Source: Justusliebigvirus alia. Taken from it: DNA of 64,000 nucleotides. The stretch lies in the sequence record OZ035799.1; one strand, written 5' to 3'. The position numbers and the translations under genes are program-made. Below, piece by piece: positions 1 through 9,136 of this stretch. Below the pieces are notes generated by a model. That model made no database searches and had not been told where the DNA came from. It saw only the letters and a list, made by a program, of their open reading frames with translations. The stretch's first letter is position 1, and each line of letters starts with the position of its first letter.

Positions 1-907
1 AACCGTCAACTTGAGTTTCCCAAGTGCCATGAATATTTCGGAACAATGTTGTTACACCTTTTGGTTCATTAATAATGATTGCCATAACAAGTTTAGGATC
101 GATAACAGACATAATCTTTTCCTCAATACCCTCTGTAATAACATTATTGCGCACAATATTAATTGCATCTTCTTGTACAGTAAGAGCACTTACGTTCTTA
201 AGAGTATATACCTGCTGCGTAGTGTAAATGATACGAACATAACTTACAGAACGAGTAGGCACAGGTTTACGCGGTCGGCGAAAACGTGGTTTTGGTGAAG
301 ATTCAGTCTTACTTTCATTTTTTGAATAATACTCCTCAAACAGTTTAGTAAATGTTTTTACATCAACTACAAACCGATCTTTCCTATATGGAGAATTCTT
401 ATGTGCACCATTAATACCACTGTTTTCATCGAAGAAAGTAATGTTTTCTTCAGTTGAATACATTAGATAATGATCTGCATTTTTCCAATGTGGTTGTGGA
501 CAATGAGGATTACAAACGGAAAGCAAGTAATTAATATTTTCTTCCGTGGCCTCAGTATCCAGGAAGCACGTATTATGCACAGTCAGTTGTACTTTTTCAG
601 CCATATCTTTTTCTTTATCCTCTTTAGCAAGATATTCAGTACGAATAATCTCCAGAAAACCTTCAGGTGTTACTTCCATAAATTTATATTCAGGATGAAG
701 CTCCATATATTCAAATCCACAACCATCTAATTGCTGTAGGAAGTTAGGGTAGAAGAACAAATCATTAACACTGTGAATCAGATCATTGATTTCTGCTTCA
801 GTTGTGTAACCAAAACTCTTGTGAATTGCTTCGTTAAGAATATGCAGGATACCCATCTCTTCTGCTGCTTTTTTAACTTCCAGTTTATTAGCGTAAAATG
901 CAATCAT
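1..907 (-). CDS. hypothetical protein (partial; 3' end lies beyond window start)
   Basis: Open minus-strand frame from ATG at 907-905 (MIAFYANKLEVKK...) running to position 1 without stop; not in ORF track because it has no stop in window; no recognisable motif. Confidence 0.4.
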   Translation of the reverse strand, partial: MIAFYANKLEVKKAAEEMGILHILNEAIHKSFGYTTEAEINDLIHSVNDLFFYPNFLQQLDGCGFEYMELHPEYKFMEVTPEGFLEIIRTEYLAKEDKEKDMAEKVQLTVHNTCFLDTEATEENINYLLSVCNPHCPQPHWKNADHYLMYSTEENITFFDENSGINGAHKNSPYRKDRFVVDVKTFTKLFEEYYSKNESKTESSPKPRFRRPRKPVPTRSVSYVRIIYTTQQVYTLKNVSALTVQEDAINIVRNNVITEGIEEKIMSVIDPKLVMAIIINEPKGVTTLFRNIHGTWETQVDG

Positions 908-924
908 TATGTTCTCCTTCTAAA

Positions 925-1359
925 TTAGTTTAAAATTTCTTTTGCAATGGTAGAAGCAAGTTTTCCATCATATTGATTCGGATACTCTGCTTTAAGGTGT
1001 TTCATCATATCTGGCATTTTCTTGCCTGTCAAGGCAAATTCTTCAGCAATAGCTCGAAGATCATCTTCAGATAGCATTTCTGGCAAATATTTTTCCAGAG
1101 TGGTGATATCACGCATAGCTCGCTCACACTTGCTAATGGAGGCATTAACTTTCTTAAGCGAGTCTAGTTCCTCTTTAGCGTGTGCAATACCAATCTTAAC
1201 AATGTTAATCATAATATCGTCTTCTGATTTGTTTAGATTTGCCTTTTGAGTACGAGCAAGGTCAAACTCACCAATAATATTAGTTAACAAAGCAAAAGCA
1301 CCCTTATCGGTTGTACGTGCTAAGATACGATCTGCTTTCATTTGTGTCACAATAGACAT
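925..1359 (-). CDS. GatB/YqeY domain-containing protein
   Basis: 144 aa; C-terminal ...LEKYLPEMLSEDDLRAIAEEFA...GKLASTIAKEILN resembles the YqeY/GatB C-terminal tRNA-binding-type domain. Confidence 0.55.
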   Translation of the reverse strand: MSIVTQMKADRILARTTDKGAFALLTNIIGEFDLARTQKANLNKSEDDIMINIVKIGIAHAKEELDSLKKVNASISKCERAMRDITTLEKYLPEMLSEDDLRAIAEEFALTGKKMPDMMKHLKAEYPNQYDGKLASTIAKEILN

Positions 1360-1371
1360 TCTATTCTCCTC

Positions 1372-1944
1372 TTATTTGCTAATGCTTTGAGTCTTGTTTA
1401 CAACACGATTTATTGCCAGTGAAGCCCTAGGCTCTGCAATACCTGTTGCATAGATATAAGGATGACCTCTTGGAGACTCCCTCATACCGAATGAACCTAA
1501 TTCTAAACCATATTCATCCTCTATGTCAACCCCAATATTAGTGGGTACTAAATATGTTTTAACTCCATAATAAGTAGAGAAGAAACAGCGCATAGAGTTA
1601 GCATACTCTTCAATTGTAGCATCAGGGTAGAACTCAATCAACTCCAATTTCAAGAAAATATTGAAATGAGTATCATCTAAATTTTCTTCTGTACGGTAAC
1701 ATGGTGTTAGTGCCATATAAGGATTACCTGCTGCAAATTCAAAACCATCCTTCTCCATTTGCAGGAAAGATTGTTCTGCACTAGCTACATAGTATTTACC
1801 GTTAGGATGACCTAATGGGCGATCCTCTTTATTTTCTGGTAGTGTGTACGCCAGTATATCAGCATCCACGAGGTATGGAACTTCTAACATTTGTGCAAAC
1901 CGACCATAGTAATCAATAGCTTGAGCTATTACTTCAACATTCAT
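1372..1944 (-). CDS. class II aminoacyl-tRNA synthetase-like catalytic core protein (minimal, 190 aa)
   Basis: CYRTEENLDDTHFNIFLKLELIEFY resembles class II motif 2 (fRxE...EF) as in AspRS/AsnA-type cores; GLELGSFGMRE resembles motif 3; too short for a complete synthetase. Confidence 0.4.
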   Translation of the reverse strand: MNVEVIAQAIDYYGRFAQMLEVPYLVDADILAYTLPENKEDRPLGHPNGKYYVASAEQSFLQMEKDGFEFAAGNPYMALTPCYRTEENLDDTHFNIFLKLELIEFYPDATIEEYANSMRCFFSTYYGVKTYLVPTNIGVDIEDEYGLELGSFGMRESPRGHPYIYATGIAEPRASLAINRVVNKTQSISK

Positions 1945-2192
1945 GAGCGACCTCCATTGCGGAATGCACGTTTAGTAATGTTCGACATAGTGATCAAATC
2001 TTGAAGCGTCATATCAGGAAAATGCTGTTCAAGAACACCTTCAACAGCGCCTACAATATCTGATAACTCAATAAGTTGCATCAGCTTGCAATCTTGATCA
2101 ATAGCATCTTGAAGTTCATAAAGCTCTTCTTGAATCTTAGCAACAGAACCATATTCCTCTTTGCTAATCTCCTTCAAATGATACCCTGCCAC
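1941..2192 (-). CDS. putative MazG-like nucleotide pyrophosphohydrolase domain protein
   Basis: 83 aa; EELYELQDAI and ELSDIVGAVEGV match the EExxE / ExxD acidic helix motifs of the all-alpha NTP pyrophosphatase fold; weak. Confidence 0.35.
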   Translation of the reverse strand: MAGYHLKEISKEEYGSVAKIQEELYELQDAIDQDCKLMQLIELSDIVGAVEGVLEQHFPDMTLQDLITMSNITKRAFRNGGRS

Positions 2193-2346
2193 TTTAACCC
2201 CCTTAGTTTACCAGTTTATTTATGTCTGGTAAAAGATTTATTTCACCTAAAAAATCACCTTCACCTTCCTCTAACCAACTCTCATATGCTTGTGCATGAT
2301 TATAGTTACCATCAAAAGAATCTGCAACAAATTTTTCTACAGTTTT

Positions 2347-4977
2347 TCAATATCTGCCAGCGCCAAATACACCAAGTTTAATACCATTGATCGGTAAAGT
2401 GGTGCTTGTTGGTACTTTCTCTGTTGCAACACGGTTGATATCTATAATCTCCTGTACGGTTGTATTCCATTGTAAGCATTTAACACAACGGGTGTGCGCT
2501 ACATACAGTAGGTTTCGCTCTGCCTCTTCTAGTCCTACCCATTCACCAGTCTTTTTATCATAGTTGGAAGGAAAATCATTAGCAACAATAACCTGATCCC
2601 ACTCCAAACCTTTAGACTTGTGTGCTGTAGTCAGTGTGACTTTTGCTGTAGGGGAATTTCTATGCGTTCTAAGTGTATGTGCTATAGTGTTTGCCTTACC
2701 AGAAACTACGATGTTTAACAAGCGTTTAGCATCTGGATCAGCCTCTGCACACTCAACAAATTCATCCCAGTCTGCATAAGGTAATACAGTTTCATGTTTT
2801 ACTTTCTCAATATCTCCTCTCCGAAGAGCATTAACACTATCTACCATAGAGATAAAATCCCTGGTATCTACGTTAATAATAATTTCTTCCCCATCTGCAA
2901 TACGATCCATTGCCTCCATAAGCAAGGTTAAATTCTTGCGAAAGATGATAGTGTAAGGTTTTGTATAGTCTACAACATCTGATTTGTAGCTACCTACTAC
3001 AGTATCAAAGCCTTTACCAACCAAAGGATGACGCAAAGGTTCTTTATCACTTAAAATCATATTGGCAATGTTTGCCACTTTGGGGCCAAAACGGAAGCAA
3101 GCAGTTAATGGAAGCTCTGCCCCATACTTAGCTGTTTCAATCATCATATTAGAGCTACCTCTAAATTGATAAATACAGTTGTGGCTAAGAATTTCATTGC
3201 CAAAGAAGTTAGCAGTATCCTCTACTTCAATATCATAGTAGATACCCTCACTATCTACAATATCCACAATCTCTTCTGCTGTTACAGTATCACCATCTTT
3301 TACCAACACAGACATGCCTTTAAACAAACCCGCTGCCGGAATTAAGTTATATTTGGCAGTGTCTACAGAGGACATGCATTCTTTTAAAGATGCAAACGGA
3401 ACTATTTCAAGGATCTTTTGTGCAAAACTCAATGCTTCACAATAAGAATTGAAATATTTACGTACACGGTAACGACCTTCCAATTTAGCAACACTTACGC
3501 TTACACCTGCTTTAATGAGTGAAGCATAGATCGGCATTTCACTTTCTGTCCACTCAAAACTGACTTGTGTTCCTTTACAACCTTGTGCTCGCAAAGTCAC
3601 TGTTAACATTTTTCTTTCATCTACTGCACAATTGATGCTGTGCCAATGTGGATAAGCAAAATGATAGTCTTTATCCTCTAAAAGTTTAAAACCATTCTGT
3701 CCGAATTGTTCAAAGATGTTATTGATCCTTTCTTGATTAATGCCGCGTGAACTTGCTTCAAATACACAAGTAGGAATGCCATATTGTAAACTGTATGCCA
3801 TTTCTTTTTCCATAGCAGCTTCGCGATTTTCAACAATGTCCAACACCCATAATTTCTGTGCTTTTTCAGAACGTGTACGTTGCCCCAGTTTAGAAAAACC
3901 TTCTTTATCATCGAATTTGTTAGTGATCCCTACTCGGAAACCTAAATCTTTCCTCCACATTAGGTATACCACCATCTGGTCATCTTTCAGAACATAGGAT
4001 GAAGCCCAAATACGATGGTTATGTGTCATATCTAAAGTTTTACCTGTAGCAGTAATAATATTCCTACCTTTTGTACGTGTAGATAAAGTCTTATTTGTTA
4101 CTTTTCTAAATGTAACTTTACCATTAGAATAAGACTCTACCTTATCACCGATTTGCAGGTCTTTCATTGTAACCTGACCATTCTCGGTGTTAAGTACCGT
4201 GTTTTCCGACACACATTGGAATTCATCGCCAACTACCACAATTTGTTTTGCAGATTTAGCATTTCGCAGAATAGACAAGAATGCAGGGTTAACATCCTGG
4301 AATTCATCACCAAAAATAATATCATAACCAAGATCAGCACCAGATAATTCAAACAATTTTACATAGGTGTCATGCGTCATCAAAGTATCTGTGTTAGGAT
4401 CGATGCGCTCTCGCCACAATTGTTTTGCATACTTAACTACTTCTGTAATTAGTTTGTGTTCGTTAATACCTTTTCTTTTAATATCTGCAAGATGTACACC
4501 AGGAAAATGTTTACGGCTGATAAAAGGATCATCCGAAAATTCAAACTTACCTACGGTTTGCTTGATCATTAAACCAATCATAGCACGAGTTAAAAGTGTT
4601 TTCCCTCGTTTATCAATAAGATTATTAATCTTAAATTTCTTTGCTATCTCGCTACCTGTACCTGCAACGTTAACATACTGTCCTTCTGGTCGTGACAGTT
4701 TTGCACGTAAACGATGATCCAGGAATTGATAGCAAATAGAATGCAATGTACGGCATTCTACATTTAGTGGCATCTTACGTCGTGCTTCTTCTGCCATGCT
4801 TTTATTGAAAGCTAAGTAAAGAATGCGATCTTCTGTACTGTTAGCCAGCAAATAAAGTGTTGACGTTTTGCCTGATCCAGATTTAGCTTGGATAGTTAAA
4901 AAGCGATGGTCTGGAAAAGCCTCCTTAATAGCTGTTTGCTCTTCTGTTGGAGTGAAGCTCAACTCTTTCTTAGCCAT
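2347..4977 (-). CDS. SF1 (UvrD/PcrA-like) DNA helicase, intein-containing precursor
   Basis: Walker A AKSGSGKTST, motif II GDEFQD, motif III split as VVVGDEFQ / CIYQFRGSS by an inserted intein; start chosen at MAKKELSF (ATG 4977) directly after the upstream stop. Confidence 0.75.
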   Translation of the reverse strand: MAKKELSFTPTEEQTAIKEAFPDHRFLTIQAKSGSGKTSTLYLLANSTEDRILYLAFNKSMAEEARRKMPLNVECRTLHSICYQFLDHRLRAKLSRPEGQYVNVAGTGSEIAKKFKINNLIDKRGKTLLTRAMIGLMIKQTVGKFEFSDDPFISRKHFPGVHLADIKRKGINEHKLITEVVKYAKQLWRERIDPNTDTLMTHDTYVKLFELSGADLGYDIIFGDEFQDVNPAFLSILRNAKSAKQIVVVGDEFQCVSENTVLNTENGQVTMKDLQIGDKVESYSNGKVTFRKVTNKTLSTRTKGRNIITATGKTLDMTHNHRIWASSYVLKDDQMVVYLMWRKDLGFRVGITNKFDDKEGFSKLGQRTRSEKAQKLWVLDIVENREAAMEKEMAYSLQYGIPTCVFEASSRGINQERINNIFEQFGQNGFKLLEDKDYHFAYPHWHSINCAVDERKMLTVTLRAQGCKGTQVSFEWTESEMPIYASLIKAGVSVSVAKLEGRYRVRKYFNSYCEALSFAQKILEIVPFASLKECMSSVDTAKYNLIPAAGLFKGMSVLVKDGDTVTAEEIVDIVDSEGIYYDIEVEDTANFFGNEILSHNCIYQFRGSSNMMIETAKYGAELPLTACFRFGPKVANIANMILSDKEPLRHPLVGKGFDTVVGSYKSDVVDYTKPYTIIFRKNLTLLMEAMDRIADGEEIIINVDTRDFISMVDSVNALRRGDIEKVKHETVLPYADWDEFVECAEADPDAKRLLNIVVSGKANTIAHTLRTHRNSPTAKVTLTTAHKSKGLEWDQVIVANDFPSNYDKKTGEWVGLEEAERNLLYVAHTRCVKCLQWNTTVQEIIDINRVATEKVPTSTTLPINGIKLGVFGAGRY
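3178..4215 (-). other. intein (about 346 aa) inserted in helicase motif III
   Basis: Block A CVSENTVL at insertion start, block B MTHNHRIW, C-terminal blocks YDIEVEDTANFFGNEILSHN followed by +1 Cys; flanking exteins rejoin to GDEFQ-CIYQFRG. Confidence 0.75.
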
Positions 4978-4978
4978 T

Positions 4979-5455
4979 TCAACCTCTCTTAATTTGTTTA
5001 ACAAGCATAGGAACAAAATCTCGTTTTAAAATTTGTTCAATAATATGATCAGGTAGCTGTTGGAAATTATAATTAAAAGCTACTGTCTCACCTTTAGGTG
5101 TTTCTACCCGCACATATAACATGTTACGAAGTTTATCCACTTGTGCTGTATATTCTAAACCATGTAATTGATGCATTGCAAACATCAAATCATCAGTTTC
5201 AGTTTGGAATCTATCATTTGCTTGCATTAAGGACAAGGTAAAAGGTAGATTTTCCCTAAGAGCCACCTTCTTAGGAACTAGTGAAGGAAAATACTCACCA
5301 ATAACTTCCTGTGTAAGCTGGATACACTCTTTTTCAATTTGGTTTTGTTCCTTAAGTTCACAAACACTTTTTTGTAAAGTGTTAACCTCTTTTTGCAAAG
5401 CTGCTAGTTGAGCACTTAACTTTCTTTTTTGATTACGACCAAAACGTTTAGACAT
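4979..5455 (-). CDS. hypothetical protein
   Basis: 158 aa ORF, basic N-terminus with predicted coiled-coil character; no recognisable motif. Confidence 0.5.
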   Translation of the reverse strand: MSKRFGRNQKRKLSAQLAALQKEVNTLQKSVCELKEQNQIEKECIQLTQEVIGEYFPSLVPKKVALRENLPFTLSLMQANDRFQTETDDLMFAMHQLHGLEYTAQVDKLRNMLYVRVETPKGETVAFNYNFQQLPDHIIEQILKRDFVPMLVKQIKRG

Positions 5456-5463
5456 ATTTCCCC

Positions 5464-5979
5464 CTAGTAAAACCCTTTAACAATCTGTATTAACTCGGCA
5501 CAACGGTTGACCAACTTTTCCTCATACAATACACGTTGTGGCATATGTTGTATAATATACTCCATTTGCTCATGCCATGTCCACTTTTCTTTTTTGTCTG
5601 GGATAACATCACTAGCACGAGAATTATCTTTTAATGTTTGTATAATCCAATTGCTTGGAAAGTGCTCTCCACCTTTCTTAAATGGTTTATAGTGGCCTAG
5701 AGTGAATTGAGAATCCCCTGTTAGAGCACCCAATTTATTTAGATGGATAATCAAACTACGAAACACGTAGTATTCATAGATGTTATCCACCGTATAGCAA
5801 GCATAATATTTCAAGATGCCCTTATCTCGCGGATACTTACCAACATCCAGATTGCACCAGTTGACATTTTCTGGATCATAGTGGTGTTCCTTAAGCCATA
5901 TTTCTCTTTCATCAAAGTCTGGATATATTACCGCTCTGCTTACAGAGTCAACAAGTGGAGATTGAGCATCAAAAAACAT
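5464..5979 (-). CDS. hypothetical protein
   Basis: 171 aa ORF in operon context; no recognisable motif. Confidence 0.5.
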   Translation of the reverse strand: MFFDAQSPLVDSVSRAVIYPDFDEREIWLKEHHYDPENVNWCNLDVGKYPRDKGILKYYACYTVDNIYEYYVFRSLIIHLNKLGALTGDSQFTLGHYKPFKKGGEHFPSNWIIQTLKDNSRASDVIPDKKEKWTWHEQMEYIIQHMPQRVLYEEKLVNRCAELIQIVKGFY

Positions 5980-6000
5980 TATATTTTCCTTATTGGTTTG

Positions 6001-6366
6001 TTAAACGTTTTCTAAATCTTTTAAGGCATTACCCAACGTTAAAACAATAACATCGTTTGCTGCCTCTTCCCCATTAATATTGGTGAAATTTGGTGTGACA
6101 AAAGTAACCATATAAAACTCGTCCACCTGGAAGACAGCAATAACACCGTCCATCTTAACATCTTGACGAAATGAAAAACCAAGCATCTTCTCTTGCAAAG
6201 GCATATCCCCTTCCTTCATTACTGCCAGGGAGTTTTCAGGAATGTTATATTTATCTGCTCCGATGTAGATGTACGTAATGTTATCTTTATCGTGATGATA
6301 CAGGGTTGCTTTTTCCATATCTAAACCTGACAGATCAAATACGTTAATTTCTTGTGTAGTCTTCAT
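6001..6366 (-). CDS. hypothetical protein
   Basis: Start moved to ATG 6366 (MKTTQEINVF) preceded by GGAGAAT SD; longer track ORF would overlap the upstream gene by about 100 nt. Confidence 0.45.
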   Translation of the reverse strand: MKTTQEINVFDLSGLDMEKATLYHHDKDNITYIYIGADKYNIPENSLAVMKEGDMPLQEKMLGFSFRQDVKMDGVIAVFQVDEFYMVTFVTPNFTNINGEEAANDVIVLTLGNALKDLENV

Positions 6367-6730
6367 AAATATTCTCCCAAATCCAATAATCATCTGTGTA
6401 AGTAGGATGCCTTTTATCCCACTCTGTTCTAGCCCAAGCAACCGCTGCTACCAACACATCACCATGACAAGGTTGAGGTGCGCAGAAGCAAACTAAGTCT
6501 TTCCCTTCTAATTCTAACAAATCCTCAAGAGTGATTTTACCACAACGAATTTGTTCCCACAACCACTCTTTATATCTTTGTATAGTTGATCCTCGTGGTT
6601 CATCATCCTTTAACTTAAAAGGATTTGCAAACTTTGAGGCTTTTAACCCCATATGAGGCATAGCTCTGCCAATGTACACTGCACCTTCAGGTATTACTTT
6701 ACCTAAGTGGTAAAAATTTAATACTTTCAT
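6344..6730 (-). CDS. DUF4326-like protein
   Basis: YIGRAMP...GLKASKFANPF ... GKDLVCFCAPQPCHGDVL pattern typical of the DUF4326 family common in phages; start at MKVLNFY. Confidence 0.55.
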   Translation of the reverse strand: MKVLNFYHLGKVIPEGAVYIGRAMPHMGLKASKFANPFKLKDDEPRGSTIQRYKEWLWEQIRCGKITLEDLLELEGKDLVCFCAPQPCHGDVLVAAVAWARTEWDKRHPTYTDDYWIWENIYEDYTRN

Positions 6731-6731
6731 A

Positions 6732-7082
6732 TTAACCCAAACACATCTGTGCAATCAAGCCCTGTATAAATTTATTAGCTTCTTTACTGTCGTAGTCAGT
6801 CTCTTCTGGATATCCATCTTCATCGTACACAACTGTACCTTCAATATACCCTGCCTCAATTAAGGCGCGGATCATATCAAATTGCCAGCATGAGTTACCA
6901 AATGGACGTTTACCATTAAAACACTCTTCTTCTCTCCATAACGTAGAGAGTAGTTGTCGGAAATATTCCCGTACAGTGACAGTACCAAGATCTGAATCCT
7001 CAAACATAACATCCAGGGCATCAGGATTGCTTTTCTCTACATAAGGGATATATTTAACACCATTAATAGTTACATCAAGCAT
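6732..7082 (-). CDS. hypothetical protein
   Basis: 116 aa acidic ORF; no recognisable motif. Confidence 0.5.
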   Translation of the reverse strand: MLDVTINGVKYIPYVEKSNPDALDVMFEDSDLGTVTVREYFRQLLSTLWREEECFNGKRPFGNSCWQFDMIRALIEAGYIEGTVVYDEDGYPEETDYDSKEANKFIQGLIAQMCLG

Positions 7083-7445
7083 TTATTTCTCCTTATCATC
7101 ATATTCTAAGAACATATCTGCACGATATGCTTTACGCTCTTCAAACTTAGCAGGATCTACAACAATAAGCAATACAAGGTTAACATCTAAATACTTCTTA
7201 ACAAATAGAAATAAATCTTTTCCACAGTTAAAACCTACACCAGTATAGGCATCCCCATATTGATCTACTGATTTAATCTTCTTACTAACCGTACATTCTA
7301 TGCTATTCTTTTCTTCTTGGTATAAGGCTTTCCCACCCCAATATGTAAAGAATTTAGTACCGTCAGCACCAAGTTTAAAACCTTCTGTTGCATGCCCAGC
7401 AAATGAAAGTAAACATAACCAAGTGATCATCAGGTACTTTAGCAT
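7083..7445 (-). CDS. putative secreted protein
   Basis: Start at MLKYLMITWLCLLSFAGHA gives an N-terminal signal-peptide-like hydrophobic segment ending AGHA. Confidence 0.5.
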   Translation of the reverse strand: MLKYLMITWLCLLSFAGHATEGFKLGADGTKFFTYWGGKALYQEEKNSIECTVSKKIKSVDQYGDAYTGVGFNCGKDLFLFVKKYLDVNLVLLIVVDPAKFEERKAYRADMFLEYDDKEK

Positions 7446-7446
7446 T

Positions 7447-7929
7447 TTAACCACCCAATTGCAAATGTTTAGAAAGAACAATATCCCACTGATCACCACA
7501 ACCGTTATCTATGCGGAACATAATGTACGTATCATCTTCTTCTACGACATATAACACCTCATAGGAATTACAACAGCCTTCCCAATTTTTAACAGCCTCT
7601 GGTGTATCATGTGTAAAAATTTCATTACCATCATATGACCAAAACAAAGGGGTGAGGTTTTCGAACGTCAGTGAAGTAGGGTTTACTTCATCTTTAACTG
7701 CTTCCTCGTATTCTTTATGCGTTTGTACTGCTTTAGTTAGTGTACTCATGTCTATCTCCTTTTCTCCTTCTTGACTATGGAGGATAGCGAACTCTCTAAA
7801 CTCCACTTCACGCCATGTTTTCAGGTAGTGCTTTATAATTTTATCAACATCTACCTGTTCAACATTACTTTTCAAGCAATAGTAATCATGGTCTTCGCCC
7901 ATTCTACCCCATATGCTGTACATTGTCAT
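7447..7929 (-). CDS. hypothetical protein
   Basis: 160 aa ORF; no recognisable motif. Confidence 0.5.
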   Translation of the reverse strand: MTMYSIWGRMGEDHDYYCLKSNVEQVDVDKIIKHYLKTWREVEFREFAILHSQEGEKEIDMSTLTKAVQTHKEYEEAVKDEVNPTSLTFENLTPLFWSYDGNEIFTHDTPEAVKNWEGCCNSYEVLYVVEEDDTYIMFRIDNGCGDQWDIVLSKHLQLGG

Positions 7930-8197
7930 CTGATTGATCCTTTACATTGCTCTTGGTATACACAGGAATAACATCGTCGTGATCTTTATTACTTTCATCT
8001 GTTAAAGCCCAAAACAATTTACCTGCTGGATGTTTAAAGATGTAAGCAATAGGTTCCTTTTCCTGGGCTTCTTTGCTACGGATACCATCCCGCCAGGCAA
8101 GCCAAGTGTAGATCATCATTTCTTGACGCTCTTCTTCGTTAGGCCACATATGTGGTGGGAAGTTTTTATCAAACCATTGCTTAAATTCTTCAGTCAT
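7904..8197 (-). CDS. hypothetical protein
   Basis: 97 aa ORF with AAGGAG SD upstream of ATG 8197. Confidence 0.5.
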   Translation of the reverse strand: MTEEFKQWFDKNFPPHMWPNEEERQEMMIYTWLAWRDGIRSKEAQEKEPIAYIFKHPAGKLFWALTDESNKDHDDVIPVYTKSNVKDQSDDNVQHMG

Positions 8198-8207
8198 AAT
8201 CTACTCC

Positions 8208-8372
8208 TTAGCGTACAAAGTTAACTTCTGCTTCTTTCAGTTTTGACACTTCTACATAACCACCATGATCATCTTTAATCCATTCTTTTCCTTTACGGAT
8301 GATAACAGGATATGTAGAGTGAGTAAGTTTAGGTACAGATCTTTTTGTTTTAGTGATAGAAATGTTTTGCAT
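8208..8372 (-). CDS. hypothetical small protein
   Basis: 54 aa ORF (MQNISITKTKRS...) not in track (under 60 aa); AAGGAG SD 8 nt upstream of ATG 8372. Confidence 0.35.
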   Translation of the reverse strand: MQNISITKTKRSVPKLTHSTYPVIIRKGKEWIKDDHGGYVEVSKLKEAEVNFVR

Positions 8373-8432
8373 AGTAGTCTCCTTAGTAAATTTTACATAG
8401 AGTCTAGATTATTTAGTAGATAGAGTCAATAA

Positions 8433-8699
8433 CTAATTACTGTTAGATCTGTATTCTGTCTTCCATTCACAATGGTAAACTTCAACAGGTTCTAACTTCC
8501 AATGTTCAGGAACTAGTTCAGGACAATATCTACAAAAGAGAAATAGATAGATAACTAAGACAGGTATTAAATAGTAAAATGGTATACGATCATAACCATA
8601 CTTACGAGATAACATGTAGACATATAGATAGGGTATAACAATTAATCCTATAACTATAAGTAAGAAGAGAAGTATAAACCTTAGTGTAGTAACATCCAT
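8433..8699 (-). CDS. putative membrane protein
   Basis: 88 aa; hydrophobic segments FILLFLLIVIGLIVIPYLYVYML and YYLIPVLVIYLFLF; GGAG SD. Confidence 0.5.
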   Translation of the reverse strand: MDVTTLRFILLFLLIVIGLIVIPYLYVYMLSRKYGYDRIPFYYLIPVLVIYLFLFCRYCPELVPEHWKLEPVEVYHCEWKTEYRSNSN

Positions 8700-8730
8700 A
8701 GTATTCTCCTATACAGTAATATACTCTGTT

Positions 8731-8760
8731 CCTGCCCCTCCATGAGTGACAGGAACAATA
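8731..8760. repeat. inverted repeat / stem-loop in intergenic region
   Basis: tgttcctg ... caggaaca arms separated by about 12 nt. Confidence 0.4.
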
Positions 8761-8778
8761 TCTATAGAGAATACTAAC

Positions 8779-8830
8779 TCGCTTCGCTCGTCACCTTTCA
8801 GGTTTAGGGTAGCATGTTTTTCTGAAAAAG
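8779..8830 (+). promoter_or_regulatory. conserved intergenic motif (copy 1): CTCGCTNCGCTCG ... TTAGGGTAGCATGTTTTTC-NN-GAAAAAG
   Basis: Near-identical to motif at 36622-36672; contains TTTTTC/GAAAAA inverted repeat. Confidence 0.4.
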
Positions 8831-8863
8831 TCAATACTCTCCACAAAACTTTACAAAATACTT

Positions 8864-9136
8864 TTACATAGGTACAACAGAGTCTGTTTTGAAGTCGTAC
8901 ATATGATTTACACCTGTGATTTTTGACATAGAGATTGCACGTTTAGCACCTGCAATTACCTGGTCTGTCTTCTTAATCTCTTCACGGAACTTACGTACAG
9001 TTAAAGAGAAGAAACGATGATCCATCCATTGACGATTCACACGATCACGCTTGAAGTGACGGAAATCTTCAATCTGTTTATTGCGCAATCGGCGCAGTAC
9101 ATGCAATAGTTGATAGTAAGGGTGTTTATTTTTCAT
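8864..9136 (-). CDS. hypothetical protein
   Basis: 90 aa basic ORF with GGAGAATAA SD. Confidence 0.5.
   Translation of the reverse strand: MKNKHPYYQLLHVLRRLRNKQIEDFRHFKRDRVNRQWMDHRFFSLTVRKFREEIKKTDQVIAGAKRAISMSKITGVNHMYDFKTDSVVPM

Noticed and set aside
2199-2346. Open frame just downstream of the helicase stop (KTVEKFVADSFDGNYNHAQAYESWLEEGEGDFLGEINLLPDINKLVN)
   Set aside because: No ATG/GTG/TTG start in frame and no ribosome-binding site; it could be an extension reached by frameshift or readthrough, but there is no slippery sequence to support that.
3678-4717. Track ORFs 3678..3911(-), 3740..3997(+), 4153..4347(+), 4367..4717(+) inside the helicase/intein gene
   Set aside because: Alternative-frame or antisense shadow ORFs within a long gene with clear helicase and intein motifs; no ribosome-binding sites and low-complexity translations.
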